From Octopus sinensis (Eukaryota), in assembly GCF_006345805.1 (NCBI RefSeq), contig NC_043023.1, positions 11,594,001 to 11,658,000 of the forward strand: a DNA stretch of 64,000 nt, written 5' to 3'. Made by a program: the position numbers and the translations under genes. Of the stretch, positions 40,804 to 53,536 are shown piece by piece. Each line of letters begins with the position of its first letter. Position 1 is the first letter of the stretch. The notes beneath the pieces are model-generated. The model was not told where the DNA came from and did no database searches. It saw only the letters and a program-made list of their open reading frames with translations.

Positions 40804-41979
40804 ATGGAAAAGAGTGAGAAACTTCAAGAATTGGTTACCTCTGAACAAATTATAAAAGAAAAGAAAAATTTGTCTTATGACTGTGACATCTGTAAAAAGG
40901 TCTTCTCTCTCAAAGGTAACCTAATTTCGCACAAGTGTATTCATGCAGGAGAGAAACCATTGCACTGTGATATCTGTGGTAGATCTTTCACTTACAATAG
41001 TGAGATAATTAGACACAAACTCAGTCATACTGGAGAGAAACCGTATCATTGTGATATATGTGGTCAATCATTCTCTCAAAGTATTAACTTGACTGTTCAC
41101 AATCGTATTCATACGAGGGAGAAACCGTATAGTTGTGATATTTGTGGTAAATCATTCTCTCAAAATTATGCTTTGAAGCGACACGAACGTATTCATACAG
41201 GAGAGAAACCATATTGCTGTGAGATTTGTGGTAAATCATTTTCTGAAAGTTTCAATTTATCTGCACACAAACATATTCATACAGGTGAGAAACCATATCA
41301 TTGTGATATCTGTGGTAAATCATTCTCTATAAGTAGTGACTTACCAAGACACAAACGTATTCATACGGGAGAGAAGCCATATCGTTGTGATATCTGTGGT
41401 AAATTATTCTCTCAAAACAGTACCTTAACTGCACACAAACGCATTCACACAGGAGAGAAACCCTATCATTGTGAAATTTGTGGTGATACATTCTCTGTAA
41501 GTAATTCACTAACACAACATAAACGTATTCATCATACAGGGGAGAGGCCATATCACTGTGATATCTGTGGTAAATCATTCTCTCAAAATTATGCCTTAAC
41601 ACAACACAAACGTATTCATTCTGGGGAGAAGCCGTATCACTGTGATATTTGTGGTAAATCATTCTTTAATGGCAGTTCGTTAACACAACACAAACGTATT
41701 CATACAGGAGAGAAGCCATATCGTTGTGATATCTGTGGTAAATCATTTTCTCACAGTAGTCACTTAGCAAGACACAAACATATTCATACAGGAGAGAAAC
41801 CCTATCATTGTGATATTTGTGATAATACATTCTCTGTAAGTAGTTCACTAACACAACACAAACGTGTTCATACAGGAGAGAAGCCATATCATTGTGATAT
41901 CTGTGGTAAATCATTCTCTCAGAATAGTCACTTAGCAAGACACAAACATATTCATACAGGGGTGAAAGGAAAAGGGTAG
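40804..41979 (+). CDS. C2H2 zinc-finger protein ZNF-6 (family B), 13 fingers, intact
   Basis: 391-aa ORF; acceptor ATTTCAG|AACAT at 40449. Confidence 0.92.
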   Translation: MEKSEKLQELVTSEQIIKEKKNLSYDCDICKKVFSLKGNLISHKCIHAGEKPLHCDICGRSFTYNSEIIRHKLSHTGEKPYHCDICGQSFSQSINLTVHNRIHTREKPYSCDICGKSFSQNYALKRHERIHTGEKPYCCEICGKSFSESFNLSAHKHIHTGEKPYHCDICGKSFSISSDLPRHKRIHTGEKPYRCDICGKLFSQNSTLTAHKRIHTGEKPYHCEICGDTFSVSNSLTQHKRIHHTGERPYHCDICGKSFSQNYALTQHKRIHSGEKPYHCDICGKSFFNGSSLTQHKRIHTGEKPYRCDICGKSFSHSSHLARHKHIHTGEKPYHCDICDNTFSVSSSLTQHKRVHTGEKPYHCDICGKSFSQNSHLARHKHIHTGVKGKG

Positions 41980-42202
41980 TCCCTATAGTTTCCTGTTTGC
42001 TATATTTGTTTAATATTCCTGTGTTTTATGCAATGGAAATTATGATTAAAATATTTCCCAAAATTTCAGTTGTTTGTTTTGTTTTTGCAATATTCACCTC
42101 CCACTCCATCCTTGACCACTCATGCAGTTTCCTTTCCATGGTGTAAGGACCTCTTATACCAAATCTCCTCCTCCTGACACCCCTACACATTATTCTTTCT
42201 TG

Positions 42203-45200
42203 ATTAGATTAGTGCTTCATCATAGTTTAGCAACCATTATATCAGCCTATGCTCCTCAGTCGGGGCTACCCGATGGACAGAAAGACCGATTCTATGACAC
42301 TCTACTGCAGACTACCTCGTTGACGAACGACAGAGACCTTATCTTTGTGGCTGGTGACTTCAATGGTCACGTTGGACGACATGCTGGGGGTTTCCATGGC
42401 GTACATGGAGGCTATGGCTATGGCCACCGAAAGGAAGAGGGAACCAGGCTGCTGGAGTTCTGCGATGCAAATAATCTTATGATTTGCAACACTAACTTCA
42501 GGAAACCTACCAGCCACCTAGTCACTTACCGATCAGGCCAACATACCAGCCAAATTGACTACATCCTTGCAAGGCAAAGGGAGAGATGGCTGCTTATAAA
42601 TGCCAAAACCTTCCCAGGAGAAGAATGTACCCCACAACATAGACTGGTAGTTAGTGACTTTAAAATCAGGACTAGGAGGACAACCAGAAGACAACCAATA
42701 TGGAGAAGAAGGATCTGGAAGCTTAAAGATCCTGCAAATGGACAGAGATTCAGAGACATATTACTTGAAGCTTCTGACGAAGTAGAAGGGGATAGAGCAT
42801 CACAGGGGGTAGAAGACAGCTGGACGTTTCTAAGGGACAACCTGCTGAGAGCCACTGACCAGATCTGTGGCTGGTGCAAAGTCCCCTCTCGACCTAGAAT
42901 AACGTGGTGGTGGAACAATATTGTAGACAGGGCTATTAGAGAAAAGAGACAGGCTTGGAAGGTCAGGAAAAATGGGGGTAGCAGGGAATTGTATCAGACT
43001 GCCAAAAGAGAAGCTAAGAGATAGGTTTATTTAGCCAGAGGGGAAGCAGATAAGAAAAAATTTGCCAATGTTCTGCGCCGTGAGGACCAAAGACTGGAGG
43101 TGTTTCGCGTTGCAAGACAGTGTGTGAGAGAGAATTGTGATGTGGTAGGAGAGAAGTGTGTTCGCATGGAAGATGGTTCACTTGCGCTAAATGAGGATGC
43201 AAAAAGAGAGGTTTGGAGATGCCACTATGAAAGTTTGCTGAATAAAGAAAATGAATGGGATAAAGAGAGTCTGCCGAATGTTGACCCAACAGAGGGACCA
43301 GCTATCCGAGTTGATAGTTCCGTGGTAGCTAAGGCAATTAGAAGCATGAAGACAGGAAAAGCCCCAGGCCCATCAGGAATCACTGCAGAGATGCTCAAAA
43401 TGTCTGGTAGTGTCGGCTATAGCCTAGTCACCCATATAATTAATCAGGTGATACACAAAGGAGTCATACCCAATGACTGGTGTAGCAGCATAATAGTCAA
43501 CTGCTACAAAGTAAAGGTGACGCCCTAGATACAAATAACTACAGAGGTATCAAGCTGTTGGATCAGGTGATGAAGGTTACAGAGAGGGTCATAGCCCAAC
43601 TAATTAGAGAGAGAGTTAGTTTAGATGAGATGCAGTTTGGGTTTGTGCCAGGGAAAAGTACTACTGATGCTATATTCCTGGTAAGGCAGCTGCAGGAGAA
43701 ATACCTAGCCAAAGATAAGCCCCTGTACCTGGCTTTTGTTGACATGGAGAAAGCCTTCGACAGGGTCCCCCGATCCCTTATCTGGTGGGCAATGAGGAAA
43801 CTAGGGATAGATGAATGGTTAGTGAGAGCTGTGCGGGCCATGTATAGGGACGCTGCTAGTAGGGTGAGGGTTGGAAACAAGTACAGTGAAGAATTCCGGG
43901 TAGAGGTAGGGGTCCACCAAGGCTCAGTACTCAGCCCCCTCCTATTTATCATAGTCCTCCAGGCAATAACGGAGGAATTCAAGACAGGATGCCCTTGGGA
44001 GTTCCTCTATGCTGATGACCTTACTCTAATTGCTGAGTCGCTATCAGAACTGGAGGAGAAGTTTCAGGTGTGGAAACAAGGATTAGAATTGAAGGGTCTC
44101 AGAGTCAATCTAGCTAAAACCAAAGTCGTAATCAGTAGGAAGGTAGACAAATCACAAACGCCTTCAGGTAGATGGCCCTGCTCGATCTGTAGAAAAGGTG
44201 TAGGTAGAAACTCTATAGGATGCACCAAGTGTAAGCTATGGACACATAAGAGGTGCAGCAATGTCAAAGGAAGGCTAACTAGGAAGATGGTTTTTGTATG
44301 TGGCAGATGCTCAGGAACAATAAACACTGAAAATGCTCCGTCACTTTCCAGGGAGAAAAACTAGAAATAGTTGATAGTTTCCGTTACCTAGGTGACCAAG
44401 TCAGCAGCGGGGGCGGGTGTGCTGAAAGTGTAACTGCTAGAGTAAGAATAGCTTGGGCAAATTTCAGAGAGCTCTTACCTCTGCTGGTGACAAAAGGCCT
44501 CTCGCACAGAGTGAAAGGCAGACTGTATGATGCGTGTGTACGAACAGCCATGCTACATGGCAGTGAAACATGGGCCGTGACTGCTGAGGATATGCGTAAG
44601 CTCGCAAGAAATGAAGCCAGTATGCTCCGATGGATGTGTAATGTCAGTGTTCATAATCGACAGTGTGTAAGTACCTTGAGAGAAAAGCTGGACCTAAGAA
44701 GCATCAGTTGTGGTGTGCAAGAGAGACGATTGCGCTGGTATGGTCATGTGGCGAGAATGGATGAAGATAGTTGTGTGAAAAAGTGCCACACCCTAGCGGT
44801 TGAGGGAACCTGTGGAAGAGGCAGACCCAGGAAAACCTGGGACGAGGTGGTGAAGCACGACCTTCGAACTTTAGGTCTCACTGAGGAAATGACTAGAGAC
44901 CGAGTCCTCTGGAAGTGTGCTGTGCGCGAGAAGACCCGGCAGGACAAGTGAGTCCATAACCCGTGGCCTTCTACTTGGGATGGAGCCAGCCTACGTATGC
45001 ATACCTTCCCTTCTTGGGACACAAAACTCTACTTGTGAAGACCTGTTGAGGCAAGTGAGGATCAGAATCGAAATCGATCAATGGAAATTGCAGATGTGTT
45101 ACCAGTGCCGGTGGCATGTCGATACTCTACTTGTGAAGACCCGTTGAGGCAAGTGAGGATCAGAATGGAAATCGATCAATGGAAATTGCAGATGTGTTAC

Positions 45201-45746
45201 TAGTGCCGGTGGCATGTCGATACTCTACTTGTGAAGACCCGTTGAGGCAAGTGAGGATCAGAATGGAAATCGATCAATGGAAATTGCAGATGTGTTACCA
45301 GTGCCGGTGGCATGTCGAAACTCTACTTGTGAAGACCCGTTGAGGCAAGTGAGGATCAGAATGGAAATCGATCAATGGAAATTGCAGATGTGTTACCAGT
45401 GCCGGTGGCATGTAAGAGAACCTTCCGTTTCGCGACCGTTGCCAGCACCACACCGTTTCGTGTCCGTTGCCAGCCTCGCCTGGCCCTTGTGCCGGTGGCA
45501 CATAAAAAGCACCATCCGTTCGTGGCCGTTTGCCAGCTCTGTCTGGCACCTGTGCGGGTGGCACGTAAAAAGCACCCACTACACTCACGGAGTGGTTGGC
45601 GTTAGGAAGGGCATCCAGCCGTAGAAACACTGCTAGATTTGACTGGGCCTGATGAAGCCTTCTGGCTTCACAGACCCCAGTAGAACCGTCCAACCCATGC
45701 TAGCGTGGAAAACGGGCGCTAAACGATGATGATGATGATGATGATG
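42203..45746 (+). mobile_element. Young 5'-truncated RTE (BovB-like) LINE with (GAT)n tail
   Basis: TIISAYAPQ, GDFNGHVG, FVDMEKAFDRV, GVHQGSVLSPLLF, LYADDL; one in-frame TAG (43022) and two frameshifts; empty site in the paralogue at ~53760. Confidence 0.93.
45025..45412 (+). repeat. 98-bp x4 tandem repeat in the RTE 3' UTR
   Basis: Units start at 45025, 45123, 45221 and 45319. Confidence 0.9.
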
Positions 45747-46630
45747 AATATTGCATCTTGTAATTACAGTATATTTATTGTTTATTGTATTTTAAATGCT
45801 TCACTCATTAAATATGCCAGCCAGGTGAAGGGTGACATAATGGTTGATCAGGGAAGTTTCCAGAGCTATAAAAGCAGGAGAGACCAGAAAGGAAGAATAT
45901 GAGGCATATGTATAGTTTAGTGCCCCACAGTAGATGGATTCCTTGTTAGTTTCTGAATAATGGTTTCTTCAAATTAAGCTATTCAGAGATAAGTTTTTAA
46001 AGGTCCAGATTAAGATTATTTTCATAAGCTTGAAAACGAACATTTTGGAAGAGATTCTTATTATGAACCCCACCCTGTTTTTGTCAACCCTAACTTCTTA
46101 ACTTGGGGAACCCTACCAGACTCTTGATCAACTAAAAAATCTGGTGACACAATGTGTAAAATGTTTGTTTCTTGAAAGCATCATATAAATTTATTTCGTG
46201 TTGCTCTTGTTTACTCATCTGTAGAAGTGAGTTGCAGCGTCACAGGTGCCAAGCTATATCGGCCCCTTTGCCTTTCCCTCGGATAACACTGGTGGCATGG
46301 AGAGGGGAGGCCGGTATGCATGGGCGGCCGCTGGTCTTCCATAAAAAAACTTGCCCAGACTTTTGCCTGGGAGAGTAACTTTCTAGGTGGTCCCACGGTC
46401 AGTCATGACCGAAGGGGGTCTCAGCTCAGCATAGTGTTAATATCATAAGTGTTATAAACAATCTCACATGGGCAAACATCCATATATGCCACACACAAAA
46501 TAAATTCAAAATCCGAAAGAAATTATTTGTATTATAACTATGATGGAGAAAAGTTATCTTAAGATGGTGCTCCAGCATGGCAACAGTCAAGTGACTGAAA
46601 CAAATAGAAGAATATAGATAGAGCGATGTT

Positions 46631-47184
46631 GGATCTTTTCCGTTTGAACGGCAGTTTTTTCTAGCGATGTCATATGAAATCGTCACCCATAATTATGACC
46701 CTAGTATCGATCTATTGCATTTCAATCTTTTTTCATAGTCATCTCTCTTCCATAGTTAGAAATAGCAGTCAAATCCCGCACAAATCAAAAACATTTCTCT
46801 TTCACAGCTAGAAATATCAACCAAATATCGCACAAATTATAGAATCTCTTTTCCGTTGCTAGAAATAGCAGCCAAATCCTGCACAAATCAAGGACATCTC
46901 TCTCCCATCGCTTTTTTCTTTAGAAATGTAAATAGACGCAATCTCTTTCATAAACGAGGTACATATTCATACGGTACAGAATGATTTTTACTTCAATAGA
47001 CGTCAGTGATTGGTTGAAATAGAAGAAAAGGAACAACAAATATCTTACAAACTATAGAATTTTCTCAATAAAGCCAAGAGAAAAACGATGTTTTATAAAC
47101 ACAATCTACCAGTATACGAAGTTTAAAAGTGTTTATTTACGTGGAAATTATTTTAAAAAACTGCCGGTCAAACCGAAAAGATCC
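46631..47184 (-). mobile_element. GGATC-TIR MITE carrying an inverted piece of the ZNF intron minisatellite
   Basis: TSD gcgatgtt/gcaatgtt; satellite units at ~46735-46910. Confidence 0.88.
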
Positions 47185-47309
47185 GCAATGTTAAATATAG
47201 GGCTGGAAAGCTGTTATCAACAACTATTATATTTGTTTTTGTGTTTGAATAAAGTCATTGACTGATGATTTTCCATTTCATATTTGAGATTTATATTTTT
47301 TAAACACCC

Positions 47310-47582
47310 ATCGGTCATGACTGACCGTGGGCTTGCACCTAGAAAGTTACCTTCCCAGGCACAAGTCTGGCAACGTTGTTTATGGAAGACCAGCAACCAC
47401 CCATGCATACCAGTGTTATCCAAGGGTTAAGGCAAAGGGGCCGATACAGCTTGGCACCTGTGACGTCGCAACTCATTTCTGCAGCTGAGTGAACTGGAGC
47501 AATCCAAAACGCAGGTCCGGGATTCGAGCTCACAACCTCACGATCGTAAGCTCGATGCTCCAACCACTGTGCCGTGCGCCTT
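47310..47582 (-). mobile_element. tRNA-headed SINE family 3 (body also at 46200-46425)
   Basis: Head with A-box (cggcacagtgg) and B-box (gctcgaatccc) followed by a repeat body. Confidence 0.7.
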
Positions 47583-47669
47583 CTATCATATATAGAAGGA
47601 ATTTCGACAGGAAACCATGTCACTCTATGCTATAAGAGGCTGGCGTAAAGACAACTTAACAACACTGAA

Positions 47670-47985
47670 AGGGAAAAATAAAACGGGGCCCACAATGAAT
47701 GGATTAATTGTTGCTGTGGATCGAACCTAAAACTAACAGCATTATACTGTTTGTTAAAGGGAGATAAGTAGTCTTTGATGTCTTATTTCATGAGACGAGA
47801 GGCGCATGCGCATTGAACGTGGTTGATGTTGACTTCTGGGTCAAAGTTCCGTTGAACGAACTTCTTTTAATCAGCTGATAATAATAATACGTTTATAATA
47901 CTTAAAATACGTACTTATAATGCATTTCTCAACTGCCATATACACACATATATAAACAACACTCTCCTTTATGAAACACTTGCGT
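47670..47985 (+). promoter_or_regulatory. Putative promoter and non-coding exon 1 of ZNF-7
   Basis: Paralogue of 38150-38454; GGCGCATGCGCA at 47801; donor at 47984. Confidence 0.6.
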
Positions 47986-48193
47986 AAGTATTAAACAATG
48001 AAAAGATTCAATGTTTTTTAATTCGGGAGACTTTCGGTTTTTGGCGCCTGAATTCTTTGTGTCTTTTCTATGTTTTATGAATGAGAGATGTCCTTGATTT
48101 GAGCGGAATTTGGCTGCTGTTTCTAGCTACGAAAAAGAGATTCTATGATTTGTACGATATTTTGTTGATATTTCTAGCTGTGAAAGAAAAATG

Positions 48194-50120
48194 GGTTAAT
48201 ATAGGGCGTAACAAATATCAGAAAATCAAAAAAAAAATGTGTGTAATAGGTGTAAAACAACTTCCTATGAACGAATATGAAAAAAAAAATTCGCGCACGC
48301 GAAAGGGGGGTGGGGGAGAGCCCTCGGAAAATTCACATCGGGAAGTTCCGAAAGCGTCTGAGGAGCTGACCCGGGTACCAAAACAAAAAAAAAATAGTGT
48401 AATATGTGTAAAACAACTTGCTCTAAACGAATATGACAAAAAAAAATGCGCTCTCGAGAAAGAGGGGTGGGGGAGAGGCCTCGGAATTTTTATATCGGGA
48501 ATTTCCGAAAGCGTCTGAACCGGGCACAAAAACAAAAACAACGTAATAGGTGTAAAACAACTTGCTCTAAACGACTATCATGAAAAAAATGCGCGCTCGC
48601 GAAAGGGGGGTGGGGGAGAGGCTTCGGAAATTTCACATCTTCAGTCCACGGCCTTTAAACTAAGAAAAAATAGTGTAATTGGTGTAAAACTACTTGTTCT
48701 AAACGAGTATCAAGAACACACACTCACACATGAATCATAAACTCCGTATTTCGCAAAAAAAAAAAATAAAGAGAAGAAATTCTGGAAAAAGTGAAGAAAT
48801 GTTGGATCTCATTCCTTGGTTAAAGCTATTTTAAACATTAAATTTATGCTTTTCTTTGAAATAGTTCAGATATATGCAATTCTTCTCACTTATTAAGATG
48901 CATTTATCAGAAAAAAAGAGACAGAAAAAATTATTATTTTGTGTCAATCCTTCCCTAATTATCCTTTATTAATTAGTTTTGGCGTGTATTTTTTTCCCAA
49001 ATTTATTTTTTCACCTTTACAACACTGTTTAGTAAAGCAATTAATTATCTTTGTAATTTGCATATTTGACTTATTAATCAAAATTCTCTAGATGTAATAT
49101 ATACTAAGTAATGCATCCTTCATTTATGTGTTCCGTTCTGTATTATGCATGCGTGACTGTTTGTATGTAAGTGTGTTTAACTGTGCACATGAATGTGAAT
49201 ATTAAAGAACATATTTATTTACTATGATTGTTATTTTCAGAACAAATAAATCTTTTGGCTGTTATGTTATTGATGTTATTATTATTGCTAGTTAAAGGGT
49301 GGTGACTTGGCTGAATATTTTGAGTCTTGTAGTATGTAGTTGTGTTAGTCAATATTCTGAGTTCAAATCCAACTCATTTCTTTATCATCATTATCGATGG
49401 ACCACTCAAAGAGGTATGTATACATTATCATTTTCGTAACATAATTTCTGTAGTATTTCAAGATGTTTCTGACACGTATTTTGATTCACATGGCGGAGAT
49501 CCAACATTTCTTCACTTTTTCCAGAATTTCTTCTCTTTATTTATTATTTTTTTTGCGAAATACGGAGTTTATGATTCATGTGTGAGTGTGTGTTCTTGAT
49601 ACTCGTTTAGAACAAGTAGTTTTACACCAATTACACTATTTTTTCTTAGTTTAAAGGCCGTGGACTGAAGATGTGAAATTTCCGAAGCCTCTCCCCCACC
49701 CCCCTTTCGCGAGCGCGCATTTTTTTCATGATAGTCGTTTAGAGCAAGTTGTTTTACACCTATTACGCTGTTTTTGTTTTTGTTTTTGTGCCCGGTTCAG
49801 ACGCTTTCGGAAATTCCCGATATAAATATTCCGAGGCCTCTCCCCCACCCCTCTTTCTCGAGAGCGCATTTTTTTTTGTCATATTCGTTTAGAGCAAGTT
49901 GTTTTACACATATTACACTATTTTTTTTTTGTTTTGGTGCCCGGGTCAGCCCCTCAGACGCTTTCGGAACTTCCCGATGTGAATTTTCCGAGGCCTCTCC
50001 CCCACCCCCCTTTCGCGTGCGCGAATTTTTTTTTTCATATTCGTTCATAGGAAGTTGTTTTACACCTATTACACACTTTTTTTTTTGATTTTCTGATATT
50101 TGTTACGCCCTATATTAACC
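48194..50120. mobile_element. Foldback-type non-autonomous DNA transposon: ~620-bp TIRs built of ~150-bp subrepeats, 8-bp TSD GAAAAATG
   Basis: Arms 48194-48810 and ~49496-50120; TSD at 48186-48193 and 50121-50128; absent from the paralogous site at ~38860. Confidence 0.92.
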
Positions 50121-52027
50121 GAAAAATGTTTTTGATTTGTGCGGGATTTGACTGCTGTTTCTAACTATTGAAGAGAGACGACTATGAATTGTGTGGGATT
50201 TGGCTGCTTTTTCTAGCTATGGAAGAGAAACGACTATGAATTGTGTTGGATTTGGCTGCTATTTCTAGCTATGGAAAATATATCTTTGGTTTGGTCGGCA
50301 TATGGCTACTATTTCTAGCTATGGGAGAGAGTTGTCCTTGATTTGTGCGGGATTTGGCTGCTATTTCTAACTATGGAAGAGCGATGACTGAATTGTGTGG
50401 GATTTGGCTGCTCTTTCTAGCTATGAAAGAGATATATGTTTGATTTGTGTGGGTTTGGTGTCTGTTTCTATCTGTGGAAGCTACCTTCTACACTTTCCAT
50501 CGTTGCCAAATTCGGAAAAGGAAGAATTACATGTTTCATTTTGTACTGAAAAGACAAAGTGGAGACAAGAATTGCAATGGCGGTCTGTGTTCTAAAGGGG
50601 TGAGGAACGACGTTCCAAAATCATGGATAGCTGGGTACCCCCACCCTTAATTTATTGTCTCATAACTTCCTGAAAATAGATACTTTTTACTAAAACTTTC
50701 AACAAATAATCTCTTGGATCCTGTAGGTTGGGTGTACCTAAAGATTTGTTGGAAAAAATTCTTCCGAGGAGATTGGCAGAGGAGTTTTGGTAAATTCACA
50801 CGACCCGACATCTGCCCCTTTATAACTTTGAGGAGAATACCTTTGAAACCGTTTAGATTATGATTATTGGGTTGGTGCATAATTAATTAACCAAAACATC
50901 CCTAAATAGCGGTCTGACTGTCTGCCAAGCAAATGGGAAGCAGTAATTGAAAGAAACACAGAGCATCTCAAAATAAATACAGTAATGAAAGGGTTAATAC
51001 AGTCTATGGGGATTGGACATTAAGCATAAGCCAGTGTGAGCAGTGGTTACAGAAATTGCAAGCCAGAAACTACAGGCTAGAAGACGAGCCTTGTCCTGGA
51101 AGATCTGTAGAGCTCAATAAGGACAATGTACAAATTCTGGTGGAACAGAATCCCATCCTAACTGTTGAAGAACTGTCAGAGATGCTAGGATTTAGTCATT
51201 CAACCATTCATCGACATCTGAGAGAACAATACTGAAGGAGTATTTTTCATCACGGACAAGTGAATTTTGGAAGAGTGCTCTGCACGTTTTCTGCAGAGAT
51301 GGAAGAGCATTGTAGAAAATAAAGGAGAGTATATTTTAGATTAAAAAAGAAATTTGTTTATTTTAATTATGAAAAATTAAAGAGGCATTATTTATGAGAC
51401 ATAGGCAGAAACAGATCTGCGTGCACAGCACACGGATTTACACTCATACACAGACATAAACTTATACACACACACATGTATATATAGATGTTTGTGTGTG
51501 TATGTAAACTGTATGGATATGTACACTTTACACAAGATTTTCTGATGTAAAGTTTAATAAATTAAAATATTCAGTTGTTGAATGTTTATTTCTATAATTA
51601 ATCTCAGCAGAAACGAATCTGTATTTTTGACATAGCCTCTAAAGCTTACACTGTTGTTTCTCTATAATTTCAGAACATCAACTGACACTGACGTAACAGA
51701 AGAAACATCCTCAATATTTACCATTTTTTAAAGACTAAAGCAAAATATTATGCAGAACAGATGTATAACATTGTTTGTAGAAATCTGTTGTAGAATTCCT
51801 GTGAAACATTTGCTCTGAAATAATACTATTAGCCAGGACTCGGAACAACACTGACTGGAGTATCAAGAAGAGGGGCTTCTGTGCTGGTGAAACTTGGATA
51901 AATTTATGTAATTGCTGCTAGAAAAAGGTAACAGCGGACAGAAATACAGGAGCAGGAGTATTTGTAAGGAATTAAGTATAAGAATAAAACAGGAAAAATA
52001 TTTTAATTGGGATTTGAGAGGAAAATA

Positions 52028-53536
52028 ATGGAAAAGAGTGAGAAACTTCAAGAATTGATTACCTCTGAACAAATGATAAAAGAAGAGAAAAATTTGTCTT
52101 ATGAATGTGACATCTGTAAAAAGGTCTTCTCTCTCAAATGTAACCTAATTTCCCACAAATGTATTCATGCAGGAGAGAAACCATTGCACTGTGATATCTG
52201 TGGTAGATTTTTCACTTACAATAGTGACATAATTAGACACAAACGTACTCATACGGGAGAGAAGCCATATCACTGTGATATATGTGGTAAATCATTCTCT
52301 CAAAGTATTCAATTGACTGCACACAATCGTATTCATACTGGAGAGAAACCATATCATTGTGATATATGTGGTAAATCATTCTCTCAAAGTAGTAACTTGA
52401 CTGTTCACAATCGTATTCATACAAGAGAGAAACCGTATAGTTGTGATATTTGTGGTAAATCATTCTCTCGAAGTTATGCTTTGAAGGGACATGAACGTAT
52501 TCATACAGGAGAGAAACCATTTTACTGTGAGATCTGTGGTAAATCATTTTCTGATAGTTTCAATTTATCTGCGCACAAGCGTACTCATACGGGAGAGAAG
52601 CCATATCATTGTGATATTTGTGGTAAATCATTCTCTACAAGTAGTGCCTTAACAACACACAAACTTATTCATACAGGAGAAAAGCCATATCGTTGTGATA
52701 TCTGTGGTAAATCATTCTCTGTAAATAGTGCCTTACTAAGACACAAACGTACTCATACGGGAGAGAAGCCATATCACTGTGATATTTGTGGTAATTCATT
52801 CTCTCAAAGTATTCACTTGACTGCACACAATCGTATTCATACTGGAGAGAAACCATATCACTGTGATATTTGTGGTAAAACATTCTCTCAAAGTATTATT
52901 TTGACTGTACACAATCGTATTCATACGAGAGAGAAACCGTATAGTTGTGATATTTGTGGTAAATCATTCTCTCAAAGTTATGCTTTGAAGGCACATGAAC
53001 GTATTCATACAGGAGAGAAGCCAAATTACTGTGAGATCTGTGGTAAATCATTCTCTGAAAATAGTGCCTTACGAAGACACGAACGTACTCATACAGGAGA
53101 GAAGCCATATCATTGTGATATCTGTGGTAAATCATTCTCTCGAAATTATGCTTTAAAGAGACACCAACGTATTCATACAGGAGAGAAGCCATATCATTGT
53201 GATATCTATGGTAAATCATTTTCTCAAAACAGTGCCTTATCTGCAGACAAACATATTCACACAGGAGAGAAGCCGTATCATTGTAATATTTGTGGTAAAT
53301 CATTCTCTCAAAGTATTCACTTAAGTCGACACAAACGTACTCATACAGGAGAGAAACCATATCATTGTGATGTCTGTGGTAAATCATTCTCTCAAAATAA
53401 TGAGTTACATGCACACAAACGTATTCATACAGGAGAGAAGCCATATCATTGCAACATCTGTGGTAAATCATTCACTCAGAATAGTCACTTAACAAAACAC
53501 AAACATACTCATACAGGGGTGAAAGGAAAAGGGTAG
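52028..53536 (+). CDS. C2H2 zinc-finger protein ZNF-7 (family B), 17 fingers (one degenerate), intact
   Basis: ORF 52007-53536, first ATG 52028; acceptor at 51673. Confidence 0.92.
   Translation: MEKSEKLQELITSEQMIKEEKNLSYECDICKKVFSLKCNLISHKCIHAGEKPLHCDICGRFFTYNSDIIRHKRTHTGEKPYHCDICGKSFSQSIQLTAHNRIHTGEKPYHCDICGKSFSQSSNLTVHNRIHTREKPYSCDICGKSFSRSYALKGHERIHTGEKPFYCEICGKSFSDSFNLSAHKRTHTGEKPYHCDICGKSFSTSSALTTHKLIHTGEKPYRCDICGKSFSVNSALLRHKRTHTGEKPYHCDICGNSFSQSIHLTAHNRIHTGEKPYHCDICGKTFSQSIILTVHNRIHTREKPYSCDICGKSFSQSYALKAHERIHTGEKPNYCEICGKSFSENSALRRHERTHTGEKPYHCDICGKSFSRNYALKRHQRIHTGEKPYHCDIYGKSFSQNSALSADKHIHTGEKPYHCNICGKSFSQSIHLSRHKRTHTGEKPYHCDVCGKSFSQNNELHAHKRIHTGEKPYHCNICGKSFTQNSHLTKHKHTHTGVKGKG

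Noticed and set aside
40700-40900. KRAB, SCAN or ZAD effector domain upstream of the fingers
   Set aside because: The N-termini are too short and upstream frames contain stops; none recognised in any locus
47510-47582. tRNA-like sequence on the minus strand
   Set aside because: It runs directly into a repeat body seen elsewhere (46200-46425), so it is a SINE head rather than a tRNA gene
48081-50088. Paired ORFs of 83-145 aa in the foldback arms as a transposase or novel gene
   Set aside because: Low-complexity readings of the inverted subrepeats; no catalytic motif
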